Below the pieces are notes generated by a model that ran no database searches, was not told where the DNA came from, and saw nothing but the letters and a program-made list of their open reading frames with translations. Of a stretch of 64,000 nt of DNA, positions 1 to 8,521 are shown piece by piece. Where the stretch lies: assembly GCA_963676565.1 (NCBI GenBank), contig OY781089.1, positions 2,528,001 through 2,592,000 of the forward strand, read 5' to 3'. This stretch comes from Halarcobacter sp. GTDB lineage: Bacteria > Campylobacterota > Campylobacteria > Campylobacterales > Arcobacteraceae. The translations under genes were made by a program, and so were the position numbers. How positions within the stretch are numbered: position 1 is the first letter of the stretch; every line of letters starts with the position of its first letter.

Positions 1-1921
1 TTTGTGCATATTTTATATATCCAATGGTAAAATTAATACACCCTTCAATTTGGTTTTCAATTCCTAATGGATTTATAGCCATACCACAATCAACTGCTCC
101 CCAAACATTTTGGACTTTAAAATCATTGTTTTCAACTTTAATTTTTACAACATATGCAACTATACTTCCAAATGATTCAGCAATAGCAACACCATAACCA
201 CTATTCTTTTCCCTTTTATACCAATTTGATTGTTTAGCAACATTTTCCAGTAACTTTACAAATCTTGGACTTTTTAGATTTTTAATTCTAAAATCAAGGG
301 GGTCAATACCTGAAGCAATAGCAGCTTGGTCAACTATATTTTCAACAACAGGTGCTGAAGTTGTATGACCAACTGATCTTAACCATAATACAGGAACAGG
401 TGATTCTGGACAAAATGCTTTTAAATCATGATTTGCAATATTATAGGGATGTGTTTCTAAACCTTCTCTTTGTGTTGCATCAATACCATCTTTATACATA
501 AAACCTTCAAACATAGTACCTTTTGTCAAAGACTGATTGATTACATCTGCTTTAAAAGCTGTGATATTTCCATCTGCATCAACTGCCATTTTTGCTTTAT
601 TTACTGTAAGAGGTCTATAATAACCCATTTTAATATCATCTTCTCTAGTCCATAAAGTTTGTATTGGCCACTTTTCATCTTTTGCAACTAAAACAGCATC
701 CACAACAAAATCACTTGATGGATTAGCTCGACGTCCAAAACTTGAACCTAGATAATTATTATAATACTCCACATCATCAGGTTTTATCCCTAAAAGTTTT
801 GCACAAGTTCCCCTATAAATTGTTTGAAGCTGACCACCTACAGACATATATGCTTTTTTCCCTTTATGATGAACCGTACAGTTTAATGGTTCCATTGGTG
901 CATGGGCTAAAAATGGGAAAGAATATTGTGCTTCAACTACTTTTTTAGCATTTTTAAAAGCATCATCAATATTTCCATCTTTTTTCATAACTGGTAAATC
1001 ATCTTTATCTAAATAGTTTATATACTCTTTTTCCAAGTCTTTAGAACTAACTTTTCCAAAGTCACCTTTATCCCATTTTACTTCAACTTTTTCAATTGCC
1101 ATTTTTGCTTGATACCAATGTTCTGCAATAATTGCAATTTTTTCATTTGAAAGTTTTTTAATCTTTAAAATTCCTGGCATATTTTTTGCTTTAGAATCAT
1201 CATAACTAATAATTTTAGCTCCAAATGAAATAGGCTGAACAAGTGCTGCATATTTCATATCTGGTAATCTAACATCAATACCAAACTTAGCTTTTCCAGT
1301 GATTTTTTCTTCAACTTCTAAAGGATGTCTTTTTATTCTTTTCCCAATTAAAGTATGATCTTTAGCACTTTTTAGTTTTACATCATTTGGAAGTTTCATA
1401 TCTTTAATATCGTCAATTAAAGAACCGTATGAGATTTTTTCTTTAGTCTTTTTATTAATCACATAAGAATCTTTTGTTGATACATCATACATTCTTACTT
1501 GCCATTTTTTAGCAGCAGCACTTTTTAGCATATATCTTAAAGTAGCTCCAACTTGTCTTACTCTTTGTTGTTGAGTTTTAATACTCATTGAACCACCAGT
1601 TAACATCATTGGCATTCCAGGGATATTAAATACATCATCTACAGGAGCTGGTTCGAAAATAATCTCATCCCAAAAAGCATCAAGTTCATCTGCTATGCAC
1701 ATTGCAATACCAGTGTAAGCTCCCTGCCCCATTTCAACTTGTCCAAGATAAAATGTAATTGTATTATCTTTATCAATTTTTATAAATGCATTTGGTTCAA
1801 TAACTTCACTTTTTTTCTCTACTTTAGAAGCCATTCCTTTTGTTGGCAAATGAAATCCTATAACAAAAGCTGAACTTAAAAGGGCACTATTTTTTACAAA
1901 ATTTCTTCTATTTAAACTCAT
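1..1921 (-). CDS. iorB: Xanthine dehydrogenase-family molybdopterin-binding subunit (isoquinoline 1-oxidoreductase beta-like); 3' end beyond the window edge
   Basis: Not in the ORF track because it is truncated. Read by hand from ATG at 1921: MSLNRRNFVKNSALLSSAFVIGFHLP (Tat-like RR), with EMGQG and TGGSMS motifs. Starts 1 nt after the stop of the 2Fe-2S subunit gene. Confidence 0.85.
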   Translation of the reverse strand, partial: MSLNRRNFVKNSALLSSAFVIGFHLPTKGMASKVEKKSEVIEPNAFIKIDKDNTITFYLGQVEMGQGAYTGIAMCIADELDAFWDEIIFEPAPVDDVFNIPGMPMMLTGGSMSIKTQQQRVRQVGATLRYMLKSAAAKKWQVRMYDVSTKDSYVINKKTKEKISYGSLIDDIKDMKLPNDVKLKSAKDHTLIGKRIKRHPLEVEEKITGKAKFGIDVRLPDMKYAALVQPISFGAKIISYDDSKAKNMPGILKIKKLSNEKIAIIAEHWYQAKMAIEKVEVKWDKGDFGKVSSKDLEKEYINYLDKDDLPVMKKDGNIDDAFKNAKKVVEAQYSFPFLAHAPMEPLNCTVHHKGKKAYMSVGGQLQTIYRGTCAKLLGIKPDDVEYYNNYLGSSFGRRANPSSDFVVDAVLVAKDEKWPIQTLWTREDDIKMGYYRPLTVNKAKMAVDADGNITAFKADVINQSLTKGTMFEGFMYKDGIDATQREGLETHPYNIANHDLKAFCPESPVPVLWLRSVGHTTSAPVVENIVDQAAIASGIDPLDFRIKNLKSPRFVKLLENVAKQSNWYKREKNSGYGVAIAESFGSIVAYVVKIKVENNDFKVQNVWGAVDCGMAINPLGIENQIEGCINFTIGYIKYAQ

Positions 1922-1922
1922 A

Positions 1923-2378
1923 TTATGCTCCTTTAGCAACAGATGAAACTGCTGTTAATATTTTGTTATAAGTTCCACATCTACAAATATTTCCATCCAT
2001 AGCTGATATAATCTCTTCTTTTGATGGGTTTGAATTAGACTTTAATAATCCTGCCGCATTTACAAGTTGTCCCGCTTGACAATATCCACATTGTGCAACA
2101 TCATGTTCTCTCCATTGAACTCTTAAAGCTTTTAACTCTTTATCTTCTTTATTTTCAATAGTTGTGATTTTTTTGCCATATGCTTTGCTTACAGGAGTTG
2201 AGCAACTTCTAATTGCTTGATTATCCAATAATACTGTACAGGCTCCACACATACCAACACCACACCCAAACTTAGTTCCAGTAAGGTCTAAGTAATCTCT
2301 TAATACCCAAAGTATTGGTGTCTCTTCTGGAATATCTTTTAATTCAAATTTTTTTTCATCTACAAATATATGGTTCAT
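1923..2378 (-). CDS. iorA: (2Fe-2S)-binding small subunit of an aldehyde/isoquinoline oxidoreductase
   Basis: GTKFGCGVGMCGACTV, QCGYCQ and NICRCGTY motifs; AGGAG SD. Confidence 0.9.
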   Translation of the reverse strand: MNHIFVDEKKFELKDIPEETPILWVLRDYLDLTGTKFGCGVGMCGACTVLLDNQAIRSCSTPVSKAYGKKITTIENKEDKELKALRVQWREHDVAQCGYCQAGQLVNAAGLLKSNSNPSKEEIISAMDGNICRCGTYNKILTAVSSVAKGA

Positions 2379-2533
2379 ATTTACTCCTAATCTCGAAATC
2401 TTACTAGTTTATTTTATGTGATTTTTTAAAAAACCAATAGAACAATTATCTATATCAATTGCCTAATTCTCCAAATTTATTAAATTTGATAATCAATCTA
2501 AATATTAATTTTAATCAAAAACTAAGTTATGTT

Positions 2534-3424
2534 TTAATTATAAATATATACAAAATCTGATTTATTAATTTCTATTTTTAAGTCTTCTTTTTCTGGGATT
2601 TTTTCATTAGAAATTGTTAAAAAAGGAATATTACTTAATCTTGCAAATCGTAAAGGAATCCCCAAATCATATTCAACATGCATTGATCCCACAAAAACCA
2701 ACAACTTGTCTTTTTTAGTTTTCAAAACCTTTTTTGCAAGTTCTGCAACATTTTTAGCCATATAACTGTCCCAAGCAACTTGAACTCTATACATTCTTTC
2801 CTCACAGGGTTCATCAGTTTTATTTGGCATTTTTTTACAATGATTTAAATATGGCATAACTAATTTTTGATGGGCACTTACATTTAAATCTAAAGAATCA
2901 TAAAAAGCTTTTTCCCCTTTAGACATATCTTTTATATTTTTAGTTGAAATTTTTTCTCTTTCCTCATCTGTAAGATTGATTCCATATAAGCTTCCACCGT
3001 TTTTCTTAACCGTTTCATAAATTGGTTCTAGATACTCCCATTTAAACTTTGTAAACTTATCCCACTGCCTTTTCTCTTTTAAGGTTTTTAAATCTATTTT
3101 ACCACTTGTATAATCTTTTAATAAGCCATTATGATTTGGAGAAAACCATTCATTTGCTAAATTTAAGTTATACCCTTCTTTATCCATTTGTTTTAATAAT
3201 TTAGTAAAAAATTCATGGGTTTGTTTAGTATTATGATGGTCACCTACAAATATCACAGGATAGTGTTCAAATTGTTTTACAAGAGTTGGGATATCAATCA
3301 TTTTTCCCTCTTTATTTGAAAAAACACCCTCTTGCTTTTTTAAATCATAACTTAAAACCAAATCTTTATTAGAACAAGCAGTAAAAATAAATAGTGTAAA
3401 AATTAGTAAAAAAATATTCTTCAA
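2534..3424 (-). CDS. ChaN-family (haem-uptake associated) lipoprotein
   Basis: Likely TTG start at 3424 after AAGGA; lipobox FTAC; VIFVGDHH, LANEWF, Q-x-AWDSYMA and VGSMH motifs. Confidence 0.7.
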   Translation of the reverse strand: MKNIFLLIFTLFIFTACSNKDLVLSYDLKKQEGVFSNKEGKMIDIPTLVKQFEHYPVIFVGDHHNTKQTHEFFTKLLKQMDKEGYNLNLANEWFSPNHNGLLKDYTSGKIDLKTLKEKRQWDKFTKFKWEYLEPIYETVKKNGGSLYGINLTDEEREKISTKNIKDMSKGEKAFYDSLDLNVSAHQKLVMPYLNHCKKMPNKTDEPCEERMYRVQVAWDSYMAKNVAELAKKVLKTKKDKLLVFVGSMHVEYDLGIPLRFARLSNIPFLTISNEKIPEKEDLKIEINKSDFVYIYN

Positions 3425-3587
3425 AATTAATCCTTTAAATAATAAAAAATGATACAAACCATACTCTTAAAAAAACATATCTTATAAAACTTCATTAGTT
3501 TTGTAAGGTATAAATAAACTTCAAGTTTAAAGTTTTTTTAGTATATATAAATAGTAGTTTAAATTACTACATATTAATAAACTATTA

Positions 3588-3596
3588 TGATATAAT
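3588..3596 (+). promoter_or_regulatory. Extended -10 sigma70 promoter of uvrA
   Basis: TGaTATAAT about 30 nt upstream of the uvrA ATG. Confidence 0.6.
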
Positions 3597-3627
3597 GCGC
3601 CCTTAAAAATTTTTTAATGGACTATTT

Positions 3628-6444
3628 ATGACTGATACAATTAAAATATATAATGCAAAAGAAAACAACTTAAAAAATATAAATTTAGAGATTCCAAAAA
3701 ATAAACTTATAGTTTTTACTGGACTTTCAGGTTCTGGAAAATCAACTCTTGCTTTTGATACACTTTATGCAGAAGGGCAAAGAAGATATATTGAATCTCT
3801 TAGTGCTTATGCAAGACAATTCTTGGATAAAGTTGGTAAACCTGATGTTGAAAGAATTGAAGGATTAACTCCTGCAATTGCAATTGACCAAAAAACAACT
3901 TCTAAGAATCCAAGATCTACAGTTGGAACGATTACAGAGGTTTATGATTATTTTAGACTTTTATATGCAAGGGTTGGTAAACAACATTGCCATAAATGTG
4001 GCGAACCAATCTCTCAAATGAGTGCAAGTGATGTAATTGATCAAGTTTTAAAACTTCCAGAAAATTCTAAAATAGTTATATTAGCTCCATTAATTAATAG
4101 AAAAAAAGGAAGCTTTGCAGATTTACTTGATAGCTTAAGAAGCAAAGGTTATGTAAGAGCCATGATTGATGGAGTTATGGCAAGACTTGATGAAGATGTA
4201 GAATTAGAAAAAAACAAAATGCACACTATCAAAGTTGTAATTGACAGGGTTGTAGTAAAAGAGGAAAACAAAGATAGAATTGCCCAAGATGTTGAAAAGG
4301 GTTTAAAAGAATCTTTTGGAGAACTTGAAGTTGAAGTTATGAATCATGAAGAAGTGGGAGTAGATAAACATATTCACTATTCTGAACATATGGCTTGTTT
4401 TGATTGTAAAATCTCCTTTGAACCTCTAGAGCCACTATCTTTCTCATTTAACTCACCAAAAGGTGCTTGTCCTTCTTGTGATGGCTTAGGTATAAGATAT
4501 GCCTTAGATATGAAAAAAGTTATAAATGAAGAACTTCCTTTAGAAGATGGTGCCATTAAAATTATATATGGATTTAATAAAGGTTACTATTTTAAGATGC
4601 TAATTGCCTATTGTCAAGGGGCTGGTATAGATATAACAATCCCTTTTAAACAGTTACCAGAGCATCAACAAAAATCAATTTTACATGGTGGAGTTGAAGA
4701 AGCAAAATTTGTTTGGAAAAGACATAATCTAACTAGAAAATGGGAAGGTATTGTAAAAATTGCCTATGACATGATTAAAGATGAAAAAGATATGGCTGAA
4801 TTTATGACAGAAAAGAAATGCTCAGATTGTAATGGAAATAGATTAAAACCCTCTTCTCAAAGTGTTTTTGTAGCAAATAAAACTATTTCTGATGTAATAA
4901 ATAAACCAATTGAAGAAGCCCATGCCTTTTTCCAAGATGAAAAAAACTTTGAGTACCTAAGTGAACAAAACAAGATGATTGCTGCACCAATTTTAAAAGA
5001 AATAAAAGAAAGAATCTTCTTCTTAAATGATGTAGGTTTAGGGTATATAACTTTAGGAAGAGACGCAAGAACTATCTCAGGAGGAGAAGCTCAAAGAATT
5101 AGAGTTGCTTCACAAATTGGTTCAGGACTAACAGGAGTTATGTATGTTTTAGATGAGCCATCAATTGGACTTCATGAAAGAGATACAAATAAACTAATTA
5201 AAACATTAAAAGCCTTACAAGAAAAAGGTAATAGTGTAATTGTAGTTGAGCATGATAAAGAAACAATTGAAGCTGCTGATTTTATTGTTGATATTGGTCC
5301 AAATGCAGGGAAATATGGTGGAGAAATTGTTTTTGCAGGAACGCTAAAAGAAATGAATAAAGCCAAAACTTTAACTGCACAATATATGAATGGAAAGAAA
5401 AAAATAGAATATCCACACAATAGACCTCAAGAAGAGTTTATTGAAATAAAAAATGTAAATATCAACAACATTGAAAACCTTGATGTAAAAATACCATTAA
5501 AAAATCTTTGTGCAATTACGGGTGTTAGTGGAAGTGGAAAATCATCACTAATTTTACAAACACTACTTCCTGTTGCAAAAGAATTATTAAATCATGCAAG
5601 AAAAGTAAATAAAGTTGATGGCGTAGAGATTCAAGGTTTAGAGAAACTTGATAAAGTTATCTATCTTGACCAAAGCCCTATTGGAAGAACACCAAGATCA
5701 AACCCTGCAACATATACAGGTCTTATGGATGAGATTAGAACACTTTTTGCAAAAACAAAAGAAGCTGAAATTAGAGGATACAAAATTGGTAGATTCTCAT
5801 TTAATGTTAAAGGTGGTAGATGTGAAAAATGTCAAGGTGAAGGTGAGATAAAAATTGAGATGCACTTCTTACCAGATATTATGGTTAAATGTGATGATTG
5901 TGGTGGGCATCGATATAATGCCCAAACACTTGAAATCCTTTATAAAGGTAAAAACATTTCTGATGTACTTAATATGAGTGTAGATGAAGCCTTAGAGTTT
6001 TTCCAAAAAGTTCCAAAAATAAAAGCTAAACTTCAAACATTAAGCGATGTTGGACTTGGATATATTACCCTTGGTCAAAATGCAGTTACACTTTCAGGTG
6101 GGGAAGCTCAAAGAATTAAATTATCAAAAGAGCTTAGTAAAAAAGACACTGGAAATACTTTATATGTATTGGATGAACCAACAACAGGACTTCATTTTGC
6201 AGATGTTGATAGATTAACAAAAGTGTTACACCATCTAGTTGAAGTTGGGAATTCAGTTCTTGTAATTGAACACAATCTTGATGTTATTAAAAACTCTGAT
6301 TGGGTTATTGATATGGGACCTGAAGGTGGGAATAAAGGTGGAAAAATTATTGCAGAAGGAACTCCTGAAGAGTTAGCAAAAACACATAAGGAAACCTCTT
6401 CTTACACAGGGTATTATCTAGATAAAGAATTAAATGGTAAATAA
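3628..6444 (+). CDS. uvrA: Excinuclease ABC subunit A
   Basis: Two ABC ATPase domains (GLSGSGKS, GVSGSGKS, LSGGEAQR), zinc-finger CxxC pairs, 938 aa. Confidence 0.98.
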   Translation: MTDTIKIYNAKENNLKNINLEIPKNKLIVFTGLSGSGKSTLAFDTLYAEGQRRYIESLSAYARQFLDKVGKPDVERIEGLTPAIAIDQKTTSKNPRSTVGTITEVYDYFRLLYARVGKQHCHKCGEPISQMSASDVIDQVLKLPENSKIVILAPLINRKKGSFADLLDSLRSKGYVRAMIDGVMARLDEDVELEKNKMHTIKVVIDRVVVKEENKDRIAQDVEKGLKESFGELEVEVMNHEEVGVDKHIHYSEHMACFDCKISFEPLEPLSFSFNSPKGACPSCDGLGIRYALDMKKVINEELPLEDGAIKIIYGFNKGYYFKMLIAYCQGAGIDITIPFKQLPEHQQKSILHGGVEEAKFVWKRHNLTRKWEGIVKIAYDMIKDEKDMAEFMTEKKCSDCNGNRLKPSSQSVFVANKTISDVINKPIEEAHAFFQDEKNFEYLSEQNKMIAAPILKEIKERIFFLNDVGLGYITLGRDARTISGGEAQRIRVASQIGSGLTGVMYVLDEPSIGLHERDTNKLIKTLKALQEKGNSVIVVEHDKETIEAADFIVDIGPNAGKYGGEIVFAGTLKEMNKAKTLTAQYMNGKKKIEYPHNRPQEEFIEIKNVNINNIENLDVKIPLKNLCAITGVSGSGKSSLILQTLLPVAKELLNHARKVNKVDGVEIQGLEKLDKVIYLDQSPIGRTPRSNPATYTGLMDEIRTLFAKTKEAEIRGYKIGRFSFNVKGGRCEKCQGEGEIKIEMHFLPDIMVKCDDCGGHRYNAQTLEILYKGKNISDVLNMSVDEALEFFQKVPKIKAKLQTLSDVGLGYITLGQNAVTLSGGEAQRIKLSKELSKKDTGNTLYVLDEPTTGLHFADVDRLTKVLHHLVEVGNSVLVIEHNLDVIKNSDWVIDMGPEGGNKGGKIIAEGTPEELAKTHKETSSYTGYYLDKELNGK

Positions 6445-6796
6445 TAATATTTTCACCCAAGAAACTTCTATTGAGAGGTTTATCTATGCAATTGAAAATA
6501 AAATGTTTGTGCAAGCCCATGAATTACTTGAAGATGATTGGAGAAATTATAAAAAAATTTATAAACAAACAGATGAAAAAATTTATTGGATTAAAGCAAA
6601 AGCAGTTCAAGGTCTTATAAATGGTGCAACTGCTTTGGCTTTGTATTTTGATAAAAAAAGACCACATAGTTATGAAAAAATTTGGAAGGTTTTTGAAAAA
6701 TATGATCCTTTATTAAAAGAATCAGGTTTGAAAAATTTAGATAAATATTTTTATGCAAGAGATCTATTAATAAAAATCAATAGTACAATCAAGTAG
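6434..6796 (+). CDS. DUF309-like protein
   Basis: AHELLEDDW and QGLI motifs; overlaps the uvrA stop. Confidence 0.6.
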   Translation: MVNNNIFTQETSIERFIYAIENKMFVQAHELLEDDWRNYKKIYKQTDEKIYWIKAKAVQGLINGATALALYFDKKRPHSYEKIWKVFEKYDPLLKESGLKNLDKYFYARDLLIKINSTIK

Positions 6797-6805
6797 CCAA
6801 ACTAC

Positions 6806-7219
6806 TTAACTTAATTCGGCTGCTTGTTCTGCTTTAGCTTGAGCTATAAAATATGCTTTTAGTTTCATCATTTCATCAGTTGGAAACTGACTTTCAGACT
6901 CACCTCTAACAGCTTTTACAAAAAAATCTTTTGAATCATTGTTATAGCCAAAATTTAAATTTGTAAGTACCACTTCTTGATATTGCGCAACATCTTGTGC
7001 CGTTACCTCTTTTGTTTCCTTTGCTTTAGAAACCTCATTATTTATCTCATTAGCAGAAGAAGATTCTTCTACATTTTTAAAGAAAGAATCTTTAGCTATT
7101 TGTTTTGCTTCATCACCACTTTTTAGTTTCGCAATTTCATTTGAAGGTTGTATTTGTTGAATCAAAATCTGTTGATTATCAGCATACTGATTCATATTAG
7201 AAATTAATCCATATTCCAT
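6806..7219 (-). CDS. FlaG-like flagellar protein
   Basis: C-terminal LNFGYN-x4-FFVK...QFPTDEMMKL resembles the FlaG fold; strong AGGAGG SD. Confidence 0.55.
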   Translation of the reverse strand: MEYGLISNMNQYADNQQILIQQIQPSNEIAKLKSGDEAKQIAKDSFFKNVEESSSANEINNEVSKAKETKEVTAQDVAQYQEVVLTNLNFGYNNDSKDFFVKAVRGESESQFPTDEMMKLKAYFIAQAKAEQAAELS

Positions 7220-7239
7220 GACTACCTCCTTTTTTTATT

Positions 7240-7269
7240 ATTATACAAAAAAATTGTTTTTTTTGTCAA
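7240..7269 (-). promoter_or_regulatory. Consensus sigma70 promoter TTGACA-N18-TATAAT for the FlaG-like gene
   Basis: Plus-strand tgtcaa at 7264-7269 and attata at 7240-7245. Confidence 0.65.
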
Positions 7270-7295
7270 AAAAAAAACCATTTTCATCATTTTTT

Positions 7296-7304
7296 TGGTA
7301 TTAT
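7296..7304 (+). promoter_or_regulatory. Extended -10 promoter for the CNNM gene and its uORF
   Basis: TGgTATTAT. Confidence 0.45.
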
Positions 7305-7384
7305 ACGTTGTAAATTTTTATAACAAAGGAGTAGTGATTGGAAGATAGTTCCCAGAGGTGCAGTTTAATAAATAAAGGTATAAA

Positions 7385-8434
7385 ATGGATATATTAATAT
7401 TTCTATTTATACTTGTAATAGGCACGTCATTTTTATGTTCTGTTTTAGAATCAGTTATTCTATCTACGAATTTTAGCTATATCTCAGTAGTTGAAAATGA
7501 AAATCCAAAAACTGGAAAACTTTTAAAAGAATTAAAAACAAATATTGATCAATCTATAGCTTCAATATTGATTTTAAATACTATAGCAAATACTTTAGGT
7601 GCAACGGCAATTGGTGTTCAAGCTCAAAATGTATTTGAAGGTGATGCAACATTAGTAATGATTGTTTCAATATTATTAACTTTTGCAATTTTATTTGTTG
7701 CAGAGATTATTCCAAAAACAATTGGTGCAGTTTACTGGAAGCAATTAGCTCCAATAAGTGCAAGTTTTATTAAGGCATTTGTATTTTTAACTTATCCAAT
7801 AATTTTAATTACACAATTTGTAACTAAAAAAATTAAAGGAAAAGAAAATTCTGACTCATTATCAAGGGAAGAACTAATTCATACTACACTATTAAGTGAA
7901 GAAGAAGGTGTTATTGGAGATTTAGAATCAGATATTATTGAAAATACTTTAACATTAAACGAAATAAAAATAAAAGATATTTTAACTCCAAGATCTGTTA
8001 TGTATGCAGTTGAAAAAGATACTATAATTAAAGATATTTTAGAGGATAAAAGAACTTATAAATTTTCAAGAGTTCCTGTATATGAAGGGACAATTGATAA
8101 TATAATTGGAGTTATTTTAACAAAAAAGCTTTTTAAACAAGCAATAAAAAATGAGACATCGAAAATTGAAGCGATTATGAAACCTGTATTTGCTTTAAAT
8201 GAAAATATTCCTGTTGGAAAAGCTTTAAATAAATTCATCGAAAAAAGAGAACACATGTTTGTTGTTCTTGATAATTATGATCAAACTGAAGGAATTATTA
8301 CTTTAGAAGATTGTATTGAAACACTTTTAGGCTTAGAAATCATGGATGAGTCTGATACGACAGCTGATATGAGAAGATTAGCACTTAATAAAATGAAAGC
8401 AAAAAGAAAAGAGAGAGCAAGTAAGAGAGCTTAA
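7385..8434 (+). CDS. CNNM/DUF21-CBS domain protein (CorB/hemolysin family, putative Mg2+ exporter)
   Basis: N-terminal TM region (SFLCSVLE, ILILNTIAN, AEIIPK) and tandem CBS domains (TPRS, FSRVPVY, GIITLED). Confidence 0.88.
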   Translation: MDILIFLFILVIGTSFLCSVLESVILSTNFSYISVVENENPKTGKLLKELKTNIDQSIASILILNTIANTLGATAIGVQAQNVFEGDATLVMIVSILLTFAILFVAEIIPKTIGAVYWKQLAPISASFIKAFVFLTYPIILITQFVTKKIKGKENSDSLSREELIHTTLLSEEEGVIGDLESDIIENTLTLNEIKIKDILTPRSVMYAVEKDTIIKDILEDKRTYKFSRVPVYEGTIDNIIGVILTKKLFKQAIKNETSKIEAIMKPVFALNENIPVGKALNKFIEKREHMFVVLDNYDQTEGIITLEDCIETLLGLEIMDESDTTADMRRLALNKMKAKRKERASKRA

Positions 8435-8444
8435 GCTCTCTTTT
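8423..8444 (+). terminator. Intrinsic terminator overlapping the CNNM stop
   Basis: AAGAGAGC-TTAA-GCTCTCTT followed by TT. Confidence 0.7.
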
Positions 8445-8521
8445 CTTAACAAGACAACTACAAATAACTTTTAATCTACTTTTTTTGATATAATTCTTCA
8501 CTAAACTTTTAAAGGCTTATT

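Noticed and set aside
470..948. Short plus-strand ORFs (61 and 68 aa) and the many other 60-134 aa ORFs in the track
   Set aside because: They lie antisense to or out of frame within well-supported genes and show no recognisable motifs; treated as shadow ORFs
3552..3570. Imperfect palindrome upstream of uvrA as a possible LexA/SOS box
   Set aside because: Very AT-rich, mismatched, and unlike any LexA box I can name
7321..7380. AAAGGAGTAG resembles the start of a yybP-ykoY (Mn2+) riboswitch
   Set aside because: The leader is too short and lacks the matching 3' elements and paired stems; an SD plus uORF explains it better
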